A DNA stretch of 32,000 nt. It comes from Pseudoalteromonas sp. MSK9-3. GTDB lineage: Bacteria > Pseudomonadota > Gammaproteobacteria > Enterobacterales > Alteromonadaceae. The stretch spans positions 264,905 through 296,904 of the forward strand of contig NZ_MIET01000046.1 in assembly GCF_003590335.1 (NCBI RefSeq), given 5' to 3'. The notes beneath the pieces were generated by a model. The model did not search any database. It had not been told where the DNA came from and was given only the letters and a program-made list of their open reading frames with translations. This document shows positions 1 through 9,228 of this stretch, in pieces (positions within the stretch are counted from its first letter, which is position 1; each line of letters starts with the position of its first letter). The translations under genes and the position numbers were made by a program.

Positions 1-102
1 GTTGGCTTGCTCAAACAGTGCATCATGCAGCAAGAACGCACCGACGGAGCCCCGTAGTTTTGCCAAAAAGCCATCAAGCTCTAATGCTGCGGCCTCAGGC
101 AC
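1..102 (-). CDS. 5' end of an unidentified gene running off the left edge (partial)
   Basis: The minus-strand frame is open from about nt 170 to nt 1 with protein-like composition (..NVPEAAALELDGFLAKLRGSVGAFLLHDALFEQAN). The first usable start is GTG at 102-100, preceded by GGGA. No family recognised. Confidence 0.3.
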   Translation of the reverse strand, partial: MPEAAALELDGFLAKLRGSVGAFLLHDALFEQAN

Positions 103-444
103 ATTTGCATCCCAATACGCACCTTCGTTATCGAACGCTTCTGTTGCATTGTTGGCTTTATTAACGTGTAACCCTTACACTTTAAACACGATTTAAACCC
201 GTTTTAAAGTGAACGATTGTGATCTAATTCTAAACGTATAATGAGCAGGAATGATCGTAGAATGAGTCAAAATGAGTGGGTTTTGTCTAAAAATAAACGT
301 AATTTGATTTATGGTTATTTTAGAGTTAGGCTAAGTGAAGTCCTTAGTTAATAGGGGCTTCAGAGCAGTCAAATCTAAAATATCACTTCATCATTAAATT
401 TAGAAATGAGCGACCCTTACAATCAATACGTTGTAATTTAATTC

Positions 445-472
445 ATTTAACATAACGTAAATTATAGGAGGT
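445..472 (-). other. dif-like Xer recombination site (site A), 11-6-11 architecture
   Basis: The minus strand reads ACCTCCTATAA-TTTACG-TTATGTTAAAT. The right arm is 11/11 identical to the XerD-binding arm of E. coli/Vibrio dif. The left arm ends in ATAA, palindromic to TTAT. The site lies 82 bp upstream of the recombinase start. Confidence 0.55.
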
Positions 473-520
473 GATTTTATATTGTTACGCGCTGTCTATT
501 TAGCTGTGGCTTATATATAA

Positions 521-546
521 TGTCCAATACTAGACAGTATCGGACA
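521..546. promoter_or_regulatory. Imperfect palindrome directly upstream of the recombinase start (operator or recombination core site)
   Basis: TGTCCAATACT-agac-AGTATCGGACA has 11-bp arms with one mismatch. It can also be read as 9-8-9 (TGTCCAATA ctagacag TATCGGACA). It ends 7 nt before the ATG at 554. Confidence 0.4.
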
Positions 547-553
547 TAAATAT

Positions 554-1765
554 ATGCTTTCCCCCTTAGTTGATACACTTAAGCAACTTCGTTACCAAAT
601 TGCCCACATTGAAGATGGCACTTTGACCAACGAATACCCTGAGCTTGAATCATTTTTATCTCATACTGTACGTTCAGTAACTAATGCACGGGATGATATC
701 GAGTTTTTGTATCAGTTTTTATATGTGTATGGGAGAAAATCAGAGGCGACGTTTAATCGTTTTAGAAATGAACTAGAGCGGTTTTATTTATGGGCTTGGG
801 AATGGCGCGCACTATCAGTATTTGAACTCAAGCGAGAAGACATCGAAGCATATGTAGAGTTTGTCGTAGAACCTGACAATCGATGGGTCTCTGACTCCGT
901 CCAATGGCGTTTTAAAGATCATGAAGGTTTACGTATGGTCAATAAGCTGTGGCGCCCATTTGCACATAAAGAAAATGGTGTCAGTCAGCAAACTTTTTCA
1001 GCTATGTTTACAGCTCTAAATGTATTTTATAAATTCGCTATTCTTGAAGAAAAAACATTTACTAACTTTATACCTGTGGTTAAAAAAAATAGCCCTTATT
1101 TAATCGTACAATCTCAAATTAAATTGCCAGATACATTAAGTAATTTACAGTGGGAATATGTGTTTGGTGTTACACGAGATAAATGTGAACAAGATCCAAG
1201 TTTGGAGCGTAATCTATTTACTTTAGCGTGTTTAAAAGGACTGTATTTACGTATATCAGAGTTATCGGAACGACCACAATGGTCGCCGGTTATGTCGCAC
1301 TTTTGGCAAGATCCAGATGGCTTTTGGTATTTAAGGATCATGGGAAAAGGGAATAAATTACGAGATGTCACACTGAGTGAAGATTTCATTTTATATTTAC
1401 GGCGTTATCGGCAATATCGCGCCCTACCCGCATTGCCACGTGTTGATGAGCCCTACCCTATAATTCACAAATTACGTGGTCAAGGGGGTATGAATGTTCG
1501 TCAGATCAGACGTATTGTTCAGCAAAGCTTCGATTTAGCTGTTGACTCTTTAGCAGTCGACGGTTTTTCTGATGAGTCAGAGCAATTAAAAGCTGCAACG
1601 GCACACTGGCTCAGACATACAGGAGCGACCCATGACGCACAACATCGACCGTTAAAGCATTTATCTGAAGATCTAGGGCATGCTAAAATTGCAACGACAG
1701 ACCAAATTTATATTCAAACTAATATTAAAGAACGTGCGAAATCTGGTTCAAAAAGAAAGTTATAA
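554..1765 (+). CDS. Tyrosine site-specific recombinase (Xer-like / phage-integrase family), 403 aa
   Basis: C-terminal catalytic signature is present: LRISEL (Arg I), HWLRHTGATH (H-x-x-R) and LGHAKIATTDQIY (catalytic Tyr). The N-terminal region resembles a SAM-like core-binding domain (ATFNRFRNELERFYLWA). Confidence 0.85.
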   Translation: MLSPLVDTLKQLRYQIAHIEDGTLTNEYPELESFLSHTVRSVTNARDDIEFLYQFLYVYGRKSEATFNRFRNELERFYLWAWEWRALSVFELKREDIEAYVEFVVEPDNRWVSDSVQWRFKDHEGLRMVNKLWRPFAHKENGVSQQTFSAMFTALNVFYKFAILEEKTFTNFIPVVKKNSPYLIVQSQIKLPDTLSNLQWEYVFGVTRDKCEQDPSLERNLFTLACLKGLYLRISELSERPQWSPVMSHFWQDPDGFWYLRIMGKGNKLRDVTLSEDFILYLRRYRQYRALPALPRVDEPYPIIHKLRGQGGMNVRQIRRIVQQSFDLAVDSLAVDGFSDESEQLKAATAHWLRHTGATHDAQHRPLKHLSEDLGHAKIATTDQIYIQTNIKERAKSGSKRKL

Positions 1766-1985
1766 ATAAAAACTTGAGTGACTTTTTATTCATATAATGT
1801 ATTTTATATTATATAAATTTAAATAGTAGGATTTTTTTTGGTTGTTTAAAGGTTGATTTTATACGTTAAGTTTATTTATAAAATTTACTATAAATTGTTT
1901 TTCTTTATTTTAGTGCTATTTTTAGTATTGTTTTTAGTGGTGGAATTTGGCAATAAATTTAAATGATTTTTAAGATTGATTAGCT

Positions 1986-2139
1986 CATTGAACATTGAAC
2001 ATTGAACATTGAACATTGAACATTGAACATTGAACATTGAACATTGAACATTGAACATTGAACATTGAACATTGAACATTGAACATTGAACATTGAACAT
2101 TGAACATTGAACATTGAACTTTGAACTTTGAACTTTAAG
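1986..2139. repeat. Heptanucleotide microsatellite: (CATTGAA)x19 perfect, then (CTTTGAA)x2 and one degenerate unit
   Basis: Counted directly. There are 133 nt of perfect 7-bp periodicity from 1986 to 2118, then variant units to 2139. It lies in the convergent intergenic region between the recombinase gene and the ydiJ-like gene. Confidence 0.97.
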
Positions 2140-2255
2140 GCCGATATTGGCCTAGTGCTGAGTTAAAAGTAACCAATTCCAATCGGCTTACGTTAAACCC
2201 TGTGTTTTTTAAGGTGAATTTGGAAATTGAAGGATTAATCGGCTAAATTTGCATG

Positions 2256-2283
2256 TTATTTATACTTTTTTGTTATGTTAAAT
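2256..2283 (+). other. dif-type half site (site C): exact XerD arm with non-canonical left arm
   Basis: TTATTTATACT-TTTTTG-TTATGTTAAAT. GTTATGTTAAAT (2272-2283) is the perfect 12-bp inverted repeat of ATTTAACATAAC (445-456). Confidence 0.4.
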
Positions 2284-2374
2284 TGTGACTTTTCAAGTTC
2301 TAATAAAGTGATACCCTTCTTTTTTACCATTTCCTGATTAGCTTAAATTAAGAATAATACACTAAGTAGGTTAA

Positions 2375-2404
2375 GGTCGTATACGTTTGGAAACGTATAC
2401 GACC
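2375..2404 (-). terminator. Perfect 14-bp-stem hairpin just downstream of the ydiJ-like stop (possible terminator, no U-tract)
   Basis: GGTCGTATACGTTT-gg-AAACGTATACGACC. It sits 6 nt past the stop of the minus-strand gene and has no flanking T-run. Confidence 0.4.
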
Positions 2405-2410
2405 AAGTTA

Positions 2411-5400
2411 TCAATGCGTTATATTTTGTGCAATGTACTCAATTGGGTGTTTAGGCTTTTGGCCTTCATAGCGTTTTACCTGGCTACGACATGAAAATCC
2501 AGTAGACAGTAAAATTGAATCTCTTGATTTATCTATCTCAATTTTCCAAGACATATCATATAACGCTCTTGAGTTTTCTTGGTTTTGAATTTCATGGCCA
2601 TAAGTACCAGCCATACCGCAACATCCAGTACTCGGTGTTGACAAAGATAACCCTAGCTTTGAAAAAATGTCTTTCCAAACCTTACTGGCATTTGGCATTG
2701 CCGTTGTTTCTGTACAATGAGAAAGTAATGTGAATTTCGAGGCTGATTTTTCTTCAGATACAGAAATCCCCTGCCAATCTTGTTGTGAAAACCATTCATG
2801 CGCTAAACTGACTTTAAAGTCACCACATTGCTCGCCCAATATTGTTTTATATTCATCTTTGTAGACCATAACGAGCGATGCATCGAGTCCAATCATTGGA
2901 ATATCATATTGAGAAAGTGAGTTTAAAAACTGACTGGCATTTTTTGCAGCTGTCTTGAACTCTTTTAAAAAACCTTTTACGTGTTGTGCTTTACCATTTG
3001 GTTTGAATGGTAATAAAATTGGTGTTTTGCCAAGAGCGACAACAAGATCTATACATGAAGAAACTAACTCTGCTTCATAAAAAGTTGTAAAAGGGTCTTG
3101 AACAATGAAAACACAGTTCTTTCTTTCAGTCTCAGTTAACGAAGATAATTCGTCACCGTCAAATAAATATTTATGGTGAACTCTGTTATTAACTGAGGGT
3201 ATGCTCAATGTTGGTGTATCGACATAACCAAATATCTTTTTAATTAGAAAGGCTATTGGTTTAGTGTTTACGACTGGATTAATGAATGCGGCACATTTAG
3301 ATAGATATGGTGCAGTCAGTTCAATACTTCCAACTAAGTAATCTTTAAGAGGTCTATTGTATCTACTATGATAAAGATTTAAAAAGCGTGAACGAAATGT
3401 AGGCACGTCTACTTTTATTGGGCAAGCGGTAGTACATGCTTTACACGCTAAACATTCATCCATTGACTCTTTAACTTCATGTGAAAAGTCATACTCTCCT
3501 TTATTTTTTGCTCGAGTATTTAAAAACCTTTCCCACCATGTAATGTCATTCTCTTTATTGATCAATTGCTTTTCAACATCAAGAATATTTACGTCTGCTT
3601 TTTCTTGTAGTCTTAGCCACTCACGAATTAAACTTGCTCGGCCTTTTGGAGAGTGGCGGCGATCTTTCGTCACTTTATAAGACGGGCACATTGGCGAAGA
3701 TTCATCGTAGTTAAAACAAAGTCCGTTACCGTTACAGTTCATGGCATTTTCAAAACTGTCACGAACTTCGATGTCAATTGTCTTATCGAACCAAGCTCTC
3801 TTTTGAGAGTCAACACTTACTAACTCATCTGTACTTTCTAGTGGGGTACAAATTTTTCCTGGGTTTAATCTGTTGTTTTTATCAAATACTGATTTTATTT
3901 TTCGTAATTCAGTAAACAGTGTCTCACCAAAAAAATCGGGACCATATTCGCTGCGGTAACCTTTTCCATGTTCGCCCCACATTAACCCTCTATATTTAGC
4001 TGTTAAAGCCACTACTTGATCCGAAATTTTTCGCAATAATTTTTCTTGTAGTGGATCACTCATATCTAATGCTGGGCGAACATGTAAAACACCAGCATCA
4101 ACATGGCCAAACATTCCGTAGTTTAAATCGTGCGAGTCGAGCAAAGCTCTAAACTCAACAATGAAATCTGCTAAGTTTTCAGGTGGTACGGCGGTGTCTT
4201 CAGCAAATGCGAGCGGTTTTTGTTTTCCTTTTGTGTTACCCAAAAGTCCAACTGCTTTTTTACGCATTGCATATATTTTTAATATATCGGCTTTATCGTT
4301 TATAAGTTGATAACCGATCACCCCTGCTTGCTTATTTGTTATCAAGTCATCTAATTTCTTACACAGTGATGAAATTTTGTCATCCATTTCATTTTCTGTT
4401 TCACCATTAAACTCAACCATATTGAGTCCTTGCATCTCAATGCCTGGAATATTGGTTATTAAGTCCGATACTGAATGCCAAATAATATCTTCTCTTGCCA
4501 AGTTTAATACTTTACTGTCTACAGTTTCTACTGATGTTGCCTTTGCTGAAACAAGAAAAGGTGAGTTTCGAAGCGCTGAATCGAAGCTGTCATATTTAAT
4601 ATTAATCAAAGTTTTAAATGGTGCGATAGGTGTAATATTTAACTTTGCTTCAGTAACAACACCTAACGACCCTTCAGACCCAGTAATGATCCTAGATAAA
4701 TCGAAATTTTCTAGCGTATTATCAAATACGTTTTCTAGGTCATACCCTGTGAGAAATCGGTTTAGCCTAGGGAATTTTTCTAAGATTAATGACCTATTTG
4801 AATGACAGCTATCAATGACTTGTTGATAGATTTGTGACGCCCTGCCTTCTTGGCTTGCAATGACGTGTGCTTTTTCAGTTGATATTCGTCGCGTGTTGAG
4901 TTCGGTGCCGTCGACCAAAAAAGTTTTTAAACCTAAAACATGATCACTAGTCTTTCCGTACACGAGTGAACCTTGTCCAGATGCATCCGTGTTGATCATT
5001 CCCCCCACTGTAGCGCGGTTGCTTGTTGAAAGATCTGGGGCGAAGAAAAAACCATACGGCTTAAGGTAATCATTTAATTGATCTTTTATTACACCCGCTT
5101 GTACTTTTACCCACTTTTCTTCAACATTTATTTCTATGATTTCTCGCATGTGACGCGATAAATCTATCACAATACCTGGCGTGAGTGATTGACCATTAGT
5201 ACCTGTACCACCGCCCCGTGGCCCAAATGTTAATGATAGAAATGGATCTTGTTGCGCACAATGTAATGCTGTTTGAATATCTTTGTTGTTTTTTGGATAT
5301 ATAACAGCTTGAGGGATATTCTGATAGATACTGTTATCAGTAGCCGTGACGAGCCTTGTTGCATAGCTGCTGTCAGTTTCACCTAAAAAACCGTTATTTT

Positions 5401-5467
5401 TTATAAGGTTAAGGTAATCATTTAATAAGGCACTTGCTGAATCTTGTTGATTTATATTGGCAATCAT
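2411..5467 (-). CDS. ydiJ: FAD-binding (PCMH) / 4Fe-4S / CCG-domain oxidoreductase, YdiJ-like (D-2-hydroxyglutarate dehydrogenase type), 1018 aa
   Basis: FAD motif PRGGGTGTNGQS, ferredoxin-type cluster CLACKACTTACP, and a C-terminal CCG motif CCGMAGTYG. The length is the same as I recall for E. coli YdiJ. Confidence 0.85.
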   Translation of the reverse strand: MIANINQQDSASALLNDYLNLIKNNGFLGETDSSYATRLVTATDNSIYQNIPQAVIYPKNNKDIQTALHCAQQDPFLSLTFGPRGGGTGTNGQSLTPGIVIDLSRHMREIIEINVEEKWVKVQAGVIKDQLNDYLKPYGFFFAPDLSTSNRATVGGMINTDASGQGSLVYGKTSDHVLGLKTFLVDGTELNTRRISTEKAHVIASQEGRASQIYQQVIDSCHSNRSLILEKFPRLNRFLTGYDLENVFDNTLENFDLSRIITGSEGSLGVVTEAKLNITPIAPFKTLINIKYDSFDSALRNSPFLVSAKATSVETVDSKVLNLAREDIIWHSVSDLITNIPGIEMQGLNMVEFNGETENEMDDKISSLCKKLDDLITNKQAGVIGYQLINDKADILKIYAMRKKAVGLLGNTKGKQKPLAFAEDTAVPPENLADFIVEFRALLDSHDLNYGMFGHVDAGVLHVRPALDMSDPLQEKLLRKISDQVVALTAKYRGLMWGEHGKGYRSEYGPDFFGETLFTELRKIKSVFDKNNRLNPGKICTPLESTDELVSVDSQKRAWFDKTIDIEVRDSFENAMNCNGNGLCFNYDESSPMCPSYKVTKDRRHSPKGRASLIREWLRLQEKADVNILDVEKQLINKENDITWWERFLNTRAKNKGEYDFSHEVKESMDECLACKACTTACPIKVDVPTFRSRFLNLYHSRYNRPLKDYLVGSIELTAPYLSKCAAFINPVVNTKPIAFLIKKIFGYVDTPTLSIPSVNNRVHHKYLFDGDELSSLTETERKNCVFIVQDPFTTFYEAELVSSCIDLVVALGKTPILLPFKPNGKAQHVKGFLKEFKTAAKNASQFLNSLSQYDIPMIGLDASLVMVYKDEYKTILGEQCGDFKVSLAHEWFSQQDWQGISVSEEKSASKFTLLSHCTETTAMPNASKVWKDIFSKLGLSLSTPSTGCCGMAGTYGHEIQNQENSRALYDMSWKIEIDKSRDSILLSTGFSCRSQVKRYEGQKPKHPIEYIAQNITH

Positions 5468-5617
5468 GACGGTAATAATTTATTGCTTTGATCTAATTGT
5501 ACCACGGAGTGATAGACAAAAAGTTGAGAATTTTAATCTTTGTTACATATTATGCAAACTTAAACATACTTTAATTTGTATACTTTAATCATAGTCATTT
5601 TGATGGATAGATAAAGC

Positions 5618-5821
5618 ATGAAGAAAGTAATGATACTTGGGTTAGGTGTTTTGTTTGTATTACTTGCGGTGATATTTTTTGTGGTGCCCGGACCTTCAAT
5701 AATATTTGCGATGGCGGCACTCGTCTGTTTCTCAATATATTATCCAACTGCAAGAAAATACTTAAAAAAGTTACAAACGATATTTACTAAAGCGTGTCAT
5801 AAACTCGATGGCATAAAGTAA
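5618..5821 (+). CDS. Small two-TM membrane protein (PGPGW-like), 67 aa
   Basis: The ORF has two hydrophobic helices and an FFVVPGPSIIF motif. It ends at a strong bidirectional terminator. The RBS is weak. Confidence 0.5.
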   Translation: MKKVMILGLGVLFVLLAVIFFVVPGPSIIFAMAALVCFSIYYPTARKYLKKLQTIFTKACHKLDGIK

Positions 5822-5850
5822 AAAAGCCGGCGTATAAGCCGGCTTTTTTA
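5820..5850. terminator. Bidirectional rho-independent terminator
   Basis: AAAAAAGCCGGC-gtataa-GCCGGCTTTTTT: a GC-rich stem flanked by an A-run and a T-run, between convergent genes. Confidence 0.85.
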
Positions 5851-5863
5851 ATCGCTATAGAGA

Positions 5864-8239
5864 CTAGTTTTTTAGCTTGTCAGCCAAGTATAACCATGTT
5901 TCTAATACGGTATCAGGGTTAAGTGAAACAGAGTCAATACCCTGCTCTACTAACCATGCTGCAAAATCTTCATGATCCGAAGGACCTTGACCACAAATAC
6001 CTACGTATTTGCCTTTTGCTTTAGCTGTTTGAATTGCCATAGATAGCAATTTTTTAATTGCTGGATTACGTTCATCAAATAAGTGTGCTATTAATCCCGA
6101 GTCCCTATCTAAGCCAAGTGTTAGCTGAGTTAAGTCATTTGAACCGATAGAGAATCCGTCAAAATATTCTAAAAACTCTTCAGCTAAAAGTGCATTTGAA
6201 GGGAGTTCGCACATCATAATTACTTTTAGACCATTTTCACCACGTTTTAGGCCATGCTCTTCAAGTAATTCAATAACGCGAGCTGCTTCTTCTAATGTCC
6301 TAACAAATGGGATCATGACTTCGACATTAGTTAAGCCCATGGAGTTACGAACACGTTTGATAGCTTCACACTCTAATGCAAAACACTCTCTGAAATCTTC
6401 AGAGATATAACGCGCTGCACCTCGAAAACCAATCATAGGGTTTTCTTCTTCTGGTTCGTACTGTTGCCCACCCACTAAGTTTGCATATTCGTTTGATTTA
6501 AAATCAGACATACGAACAATAACGCGCTCTGGTGCAAATGCACAGCCTAACGTTGAAATACCTTCAACAAGCTTAGATATATAGAACTCTACTGGCGATT
6601 CATAGCCTGCAATGATTTCTTTAATTTCAGCTTGAAGTTCTGCGGGTTGATCATCAAAATTAATGAGGGCTTTAGGGTGAACACCAATCATTCTATTAAT
6701 AATGAATTCAACACGTGCTAGGCCAATTCCCGCATGAGGTAGTTTAGCAAAATCGAATGCACGGTCTGGGTTGCCCACATTCATCATTATTTTCATCGGT
6801 AAGTCTGGCATTGTGTCTACGCGAGATGAAATAATGTCAAAATCAAGCTGACCTTCGTAAATAAAGCCAGTATCACCTTCCGCACAAGAAACCGTAACTT
6901 CCTGATTATTTTTAATTAAATCAGTTGCATTACCACAGCCAACGACGGCAGGAATACCCAGTTCACGCGCGATGATCGCCGCATGACAAGTACGCCCACC
7001 ACGATTTGTGACGATGGCAGCTGCACGCTTCATGATTGGTTCCCAATCTGGGTCTGTCATGTCCGTAACAAGTACATCACCAACTTGGACTTTATCCATT
7101 TCATCAATAGAATTAAGTACGCGAACGACGCCTTTACCAATTTTATGACCTATTGCCCGACCTTCCGCAATCACTGTGGATTGTGATTTAAGCTGAAATC
7201 GTTCCATTACGTTTGAATCTTCGTTCGAACGAACGGTTTCCGGACGTGCTTGGACGATATATAGTTTGCCGTCGTTACCATCTTTTGCCCACTCGATGTC
7301 CATTGGACGTCCATAGTGCTTTTCAATGATAACAGCTTGCTTAGCAAGTTCTTGGACTTCGTCATCTGTTATAGAGAATTTTGCTGACTGTTCAGCAGCA
7401 ATGTCTATAATTTCAACTTGCTTGCCATGTGATTCATCAGATGAATAAACCATTTGAATTGCTTTAGAACCGATGTTGCGTCTAACAACAGAAGGCAGGC
7501 CTTTAGCAAGCGTTGGCTTATGAACATAAAATTCATCTGGGTTAACAGCGCCTTGAACAACCATTTCCCCTAGTCCATAACTAGACGTAATAAAAACGAC
7601 GTCTTCAAAGCCGGATTCAGTATCGATACTAAACATAACACCGGATGATGCTTTGTCTGAGCGAACCATACGTTGGATACCCGCTGATAACGCTACACCA
7701 CGATGGTCATAACCTTGGTGAACACGATAAGAGATTGCACGGTCGTTAAATAGTGAAGCAAATACGTGTTTAATTGCGACCATTACGGCGTCAATGCCAC
7801 GTACGTTAAGAAATGTTTCTTGCTGACCGGCAAATGATGCGTCTGGCATATCTTCTGCTGTTGCTGAAGAGCGCACCGCGAAAGAAACATCAGAATTTTT
7901 ATCACCGTGAAGGGTATTATAAGCGTCGTGAATTGCTTTATTTAGTTCTGGTTGGAATGGAGTATCGATTATCCATTGTCGTATTTCTGCGCCAACCTTG
8001 GCTAGTGTGTTAACGTCATCGACGTCTAGAGTGTCTAAAATAGTGTGGATTTTTTCGTTGAGTCCAGATTGCTCTAAAAACTCATTAAAAGCATCGGCGG
8101 TTGTAGCGAATCCACCAGGTACTTGTACACCAGCGTTAGAAAGGTTCGATATCATTTCCCCAAGTGAAGCGTTTTTACCACCAACTCGAGGTACATCTTG
8201 CATACCTAACTCTTGATACCAGAGAACGTAGTCTTGCAC
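5864..8239 (-). CDS. ppsA: Phosphoenolpyruvate synthase, 791 aa (GTG start)
   Basis: N-terminus [25 protein letters not shown] matches the remembered E. coli PpsA. Phosphohistidine loop [21 protein letters not shown] and a C-terminal GSNDLTQ are present. GGAGA lies 7 nt upstream of the GTG. Confidence 0.95.
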   Translation of the reverse strand: MQDYVLWYQELGMQDVPRVGGKNASLGEMISNLSNAGVQVPGGFATTADAFNEFLEQSGLNEKIHTILDTLDVDDVNTLAKVGAEIRQWIIDTPFQPELNKAIHDAYNTLHGDKNSDVSFAVRSSATAEDMPDASFAGQQETFLNVRGIDAVMVAIKHVFASLFNDRAISYRVHQGYDHRGVALSAGIQRMVRSDKASSGVMFSIDTESGFEDVVFITSSYGLGEMVVQGAVNPDEFYVHKPTLAKGLPSVVRRNIGSKAIQMVYSSDESHGKQVEIIDIAAEQSAKFSITDDEVQELAKQAVIIEKHYGRPMDIEWAKDGNDGKLYIVQARPETVRSNEDSNVMERFQLKSQSTVIAEGRAIGHKIGKGVVRVLNSIDEMDKVQVGDVLVTDMTDPDWEPIMKRAAAIVTNRGGRTCHAAIIARELGIPAVVGCGNATDLIKNNQEVTVSCAEGDTGFIYEGQLDFDIISSRVDTMPDLPMKIMMNVGNPDRAFDFAKLPHAGIGLARVEFIINRMIGVHPKALINFDDQPAELQAEIKEIIAGYESPVEFYISKLVEGISTLGCAFAPERVIVRMSDFKSNEYANLVGGQQYEPEEENPMIGFRGAARYISEDFRECFALECEAIKRVRNSMGLTNVEVMIPFVRTLEEAARVIELLEEHGLKRGENGLKVIMMCELPSNALLAEEFLEYFDGFSIGSNDLTQLTLGLDRDSGLIAHLFDERNPAIKKLLSMAIQTAKAKGKYVGICGQGPSDHEDFAAWLVEQGIDSVSLNPDTVLETWLYLADKLKN

Positions 8240-8381
8240 GGAACTGTCTCCAAAACAAATTGTATTTAATGTGAGAGATTGTTTGACCTTTAGTACAGGT
8301 CAAGGGCATTCTACACTGGCAAGTACGCTTACGTAAACCGCGGAAGCCAAAATTCAGCTAATTTGTAAGAACAAGGTTAAA

Positions 8382-9191
8382 ATGAGAACAGCATTTTATA
8401 TATCAGACGGAACAGCGATAACATCAGAGGTGTTTGGGCATGCGACACTCTCTATGTTTCCAGTGGAATTTAATCATCAAACAATCCCTTTTGTTGAAAC
8501 GGTGAGAAAAGCTGAAGAAATCAAAGAACTGATTGACTTAAATGCAAAGAATACCGGTGAACGGCCACTGGTGTTTTTTACATTTGTGAATCCCGAACTA
8601 TCTGACATAATTCTTTCATCTCAAGGTGTATGTTATGACTTTTTAGCATTGGCTAGTAAGGTCGTTAAAAAAGAATTAAATGTTGAACCCGTTCCAAAAG
8701 TGCATCGCACTCATTCAATTCATGAAGCAAGTTATGATTTTAGAATTGATGCTGTGAATTACGCGTTGGCCAATGATGATGGGGCAAATATAAAAGATTA
8801 TGAACAAGCTGATATCATTTTAGTTGGTGTGAGTCGCTCAGGCAAAACTCCAACGAGTTTATATCTCGCATTACAGTATGGTATCAAAGCCGCTAATTAT
8901 CCGATCACAGAAGATGATTTGGAAAAAGGTAACTTCCCCAAATGCTTGCTAGCACATAAGAATAAACTGTTTGGTTTAACAATTAACCCAGAACGATTAT
9001 CAGCGATCCGTGAAGGTAGAATGGCTAACTCAAAATATGCGTCTATTCGTCAGTGCCGAATAGAAGTCAGAGAAGTCGAGATGCTGTTTAAAAAGCATCG
9101 AACGCCATATCTAAATTCTACTAGTCATTCCGTTGAAGAGATATCAGCTAAAATTATTTCTGAAACAGGGCTAACAAGAAGGAAGTATTAA
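8382..9191 (+). CDS. ppsR: PEP synthase regulatory protein (bifunctional kinase/pyrophosphorylase), 269 aa
   Basis: P-loop VGVSRSGKTPTSLYLA. The gene is divergent from ppsA, as in E. coli (ydiA). Confidence 0.9.
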   Translation: MRTAFYISDGTAITSEVFGHATLSMFPVEFNHQTIPFVETVRKAEEIKELIDLNAKNTGERPLVFFTFVNPELSDIILSSQGVCYDFLALASKVVKKELNVEPVPKVHRTHSIHEASYDFRIDAVNYALANDDGANIKDYEQADIILVGVSRSGKTPTSLYLALQYGIKAANYPITEDDLEKGNFPKCLLAHKNKLFGLTINPERLSAIREGRMANSKYASIRQCRIEVREVEMLFKKHRTPYLNSTSHSVEEISAKIISETGLTRRKY

Positions 9192-9196
9192 TAAAA

Positions 9197-9212
9197 GGCT
9201 GCAAATGCAGCC
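9197..9212. terminator. Hairpin between convergent ppsR and the DAHP synthase gene
   Basis: GGCTGC-aaat-GCAGCC, followed by TTTTAT on the minus strand. Confidence 0.5.
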
Positions 9213-9228
9213 CTTATAATTGAACTTT

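Noticed and set aside
2-196. Plus-strand 64-aa ORF (TTG start) at the left edge
   Set aside because: The composition is Ser/Ala/Asn-rich and low-complexity, as expected for the antisense of a real gene. The opposite strand reads as a normal protein sequence.
193-203. 11-mer TTAAACCCGTT shared with 29505-29515
   Set aside because: There are only two copies, no extended flanking similarity and no match to any motif I know. I cannot distinguish it from chance.
1888-2100. 70-aa ORF with MFNVQCS repeated
   Set aside because: It is simply the translation of the heptamer microsatellite (three units equal 21 nt). It has no RBS, and its reading frame would change with any slippage.
1986-2139. Possible CRISPR array
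   Set aside because: The units are contiguous 7-bp repeats with no spacers. This is not CRISPR architecture, and there are no cas genes in the window.
4377-4805. Antisense or overlapping ORFs inside large genes (1114-1389, 2515-2733, 4377-4805, 6983-7186, 7813-8216, 9554-9838, 10371-10607, 19811-20185, 20816-21166, 21576-21770, 22255-22599, 22665-22850, 23261-23461, 23752-23976, 25039-25230, 28370-28600, 28847-29083, 30592-30894)
   Set aside because: Each lies within a longer ORF that has clear family motifs. They have skewed composition and no RBS, which is typical of shadow ORFs.
8240-8381. Possible Cra/FruR operator (GCTGAAT half site) and a 7-bp inverted repeat TTGACCT..AGGTCAA in the ppsA-ppsR intergenic region
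   Set aside because: Only a half site matches the remembered Cra consensus, and the inverted repeat is short. The evidence is insufficient to call a regulator site.
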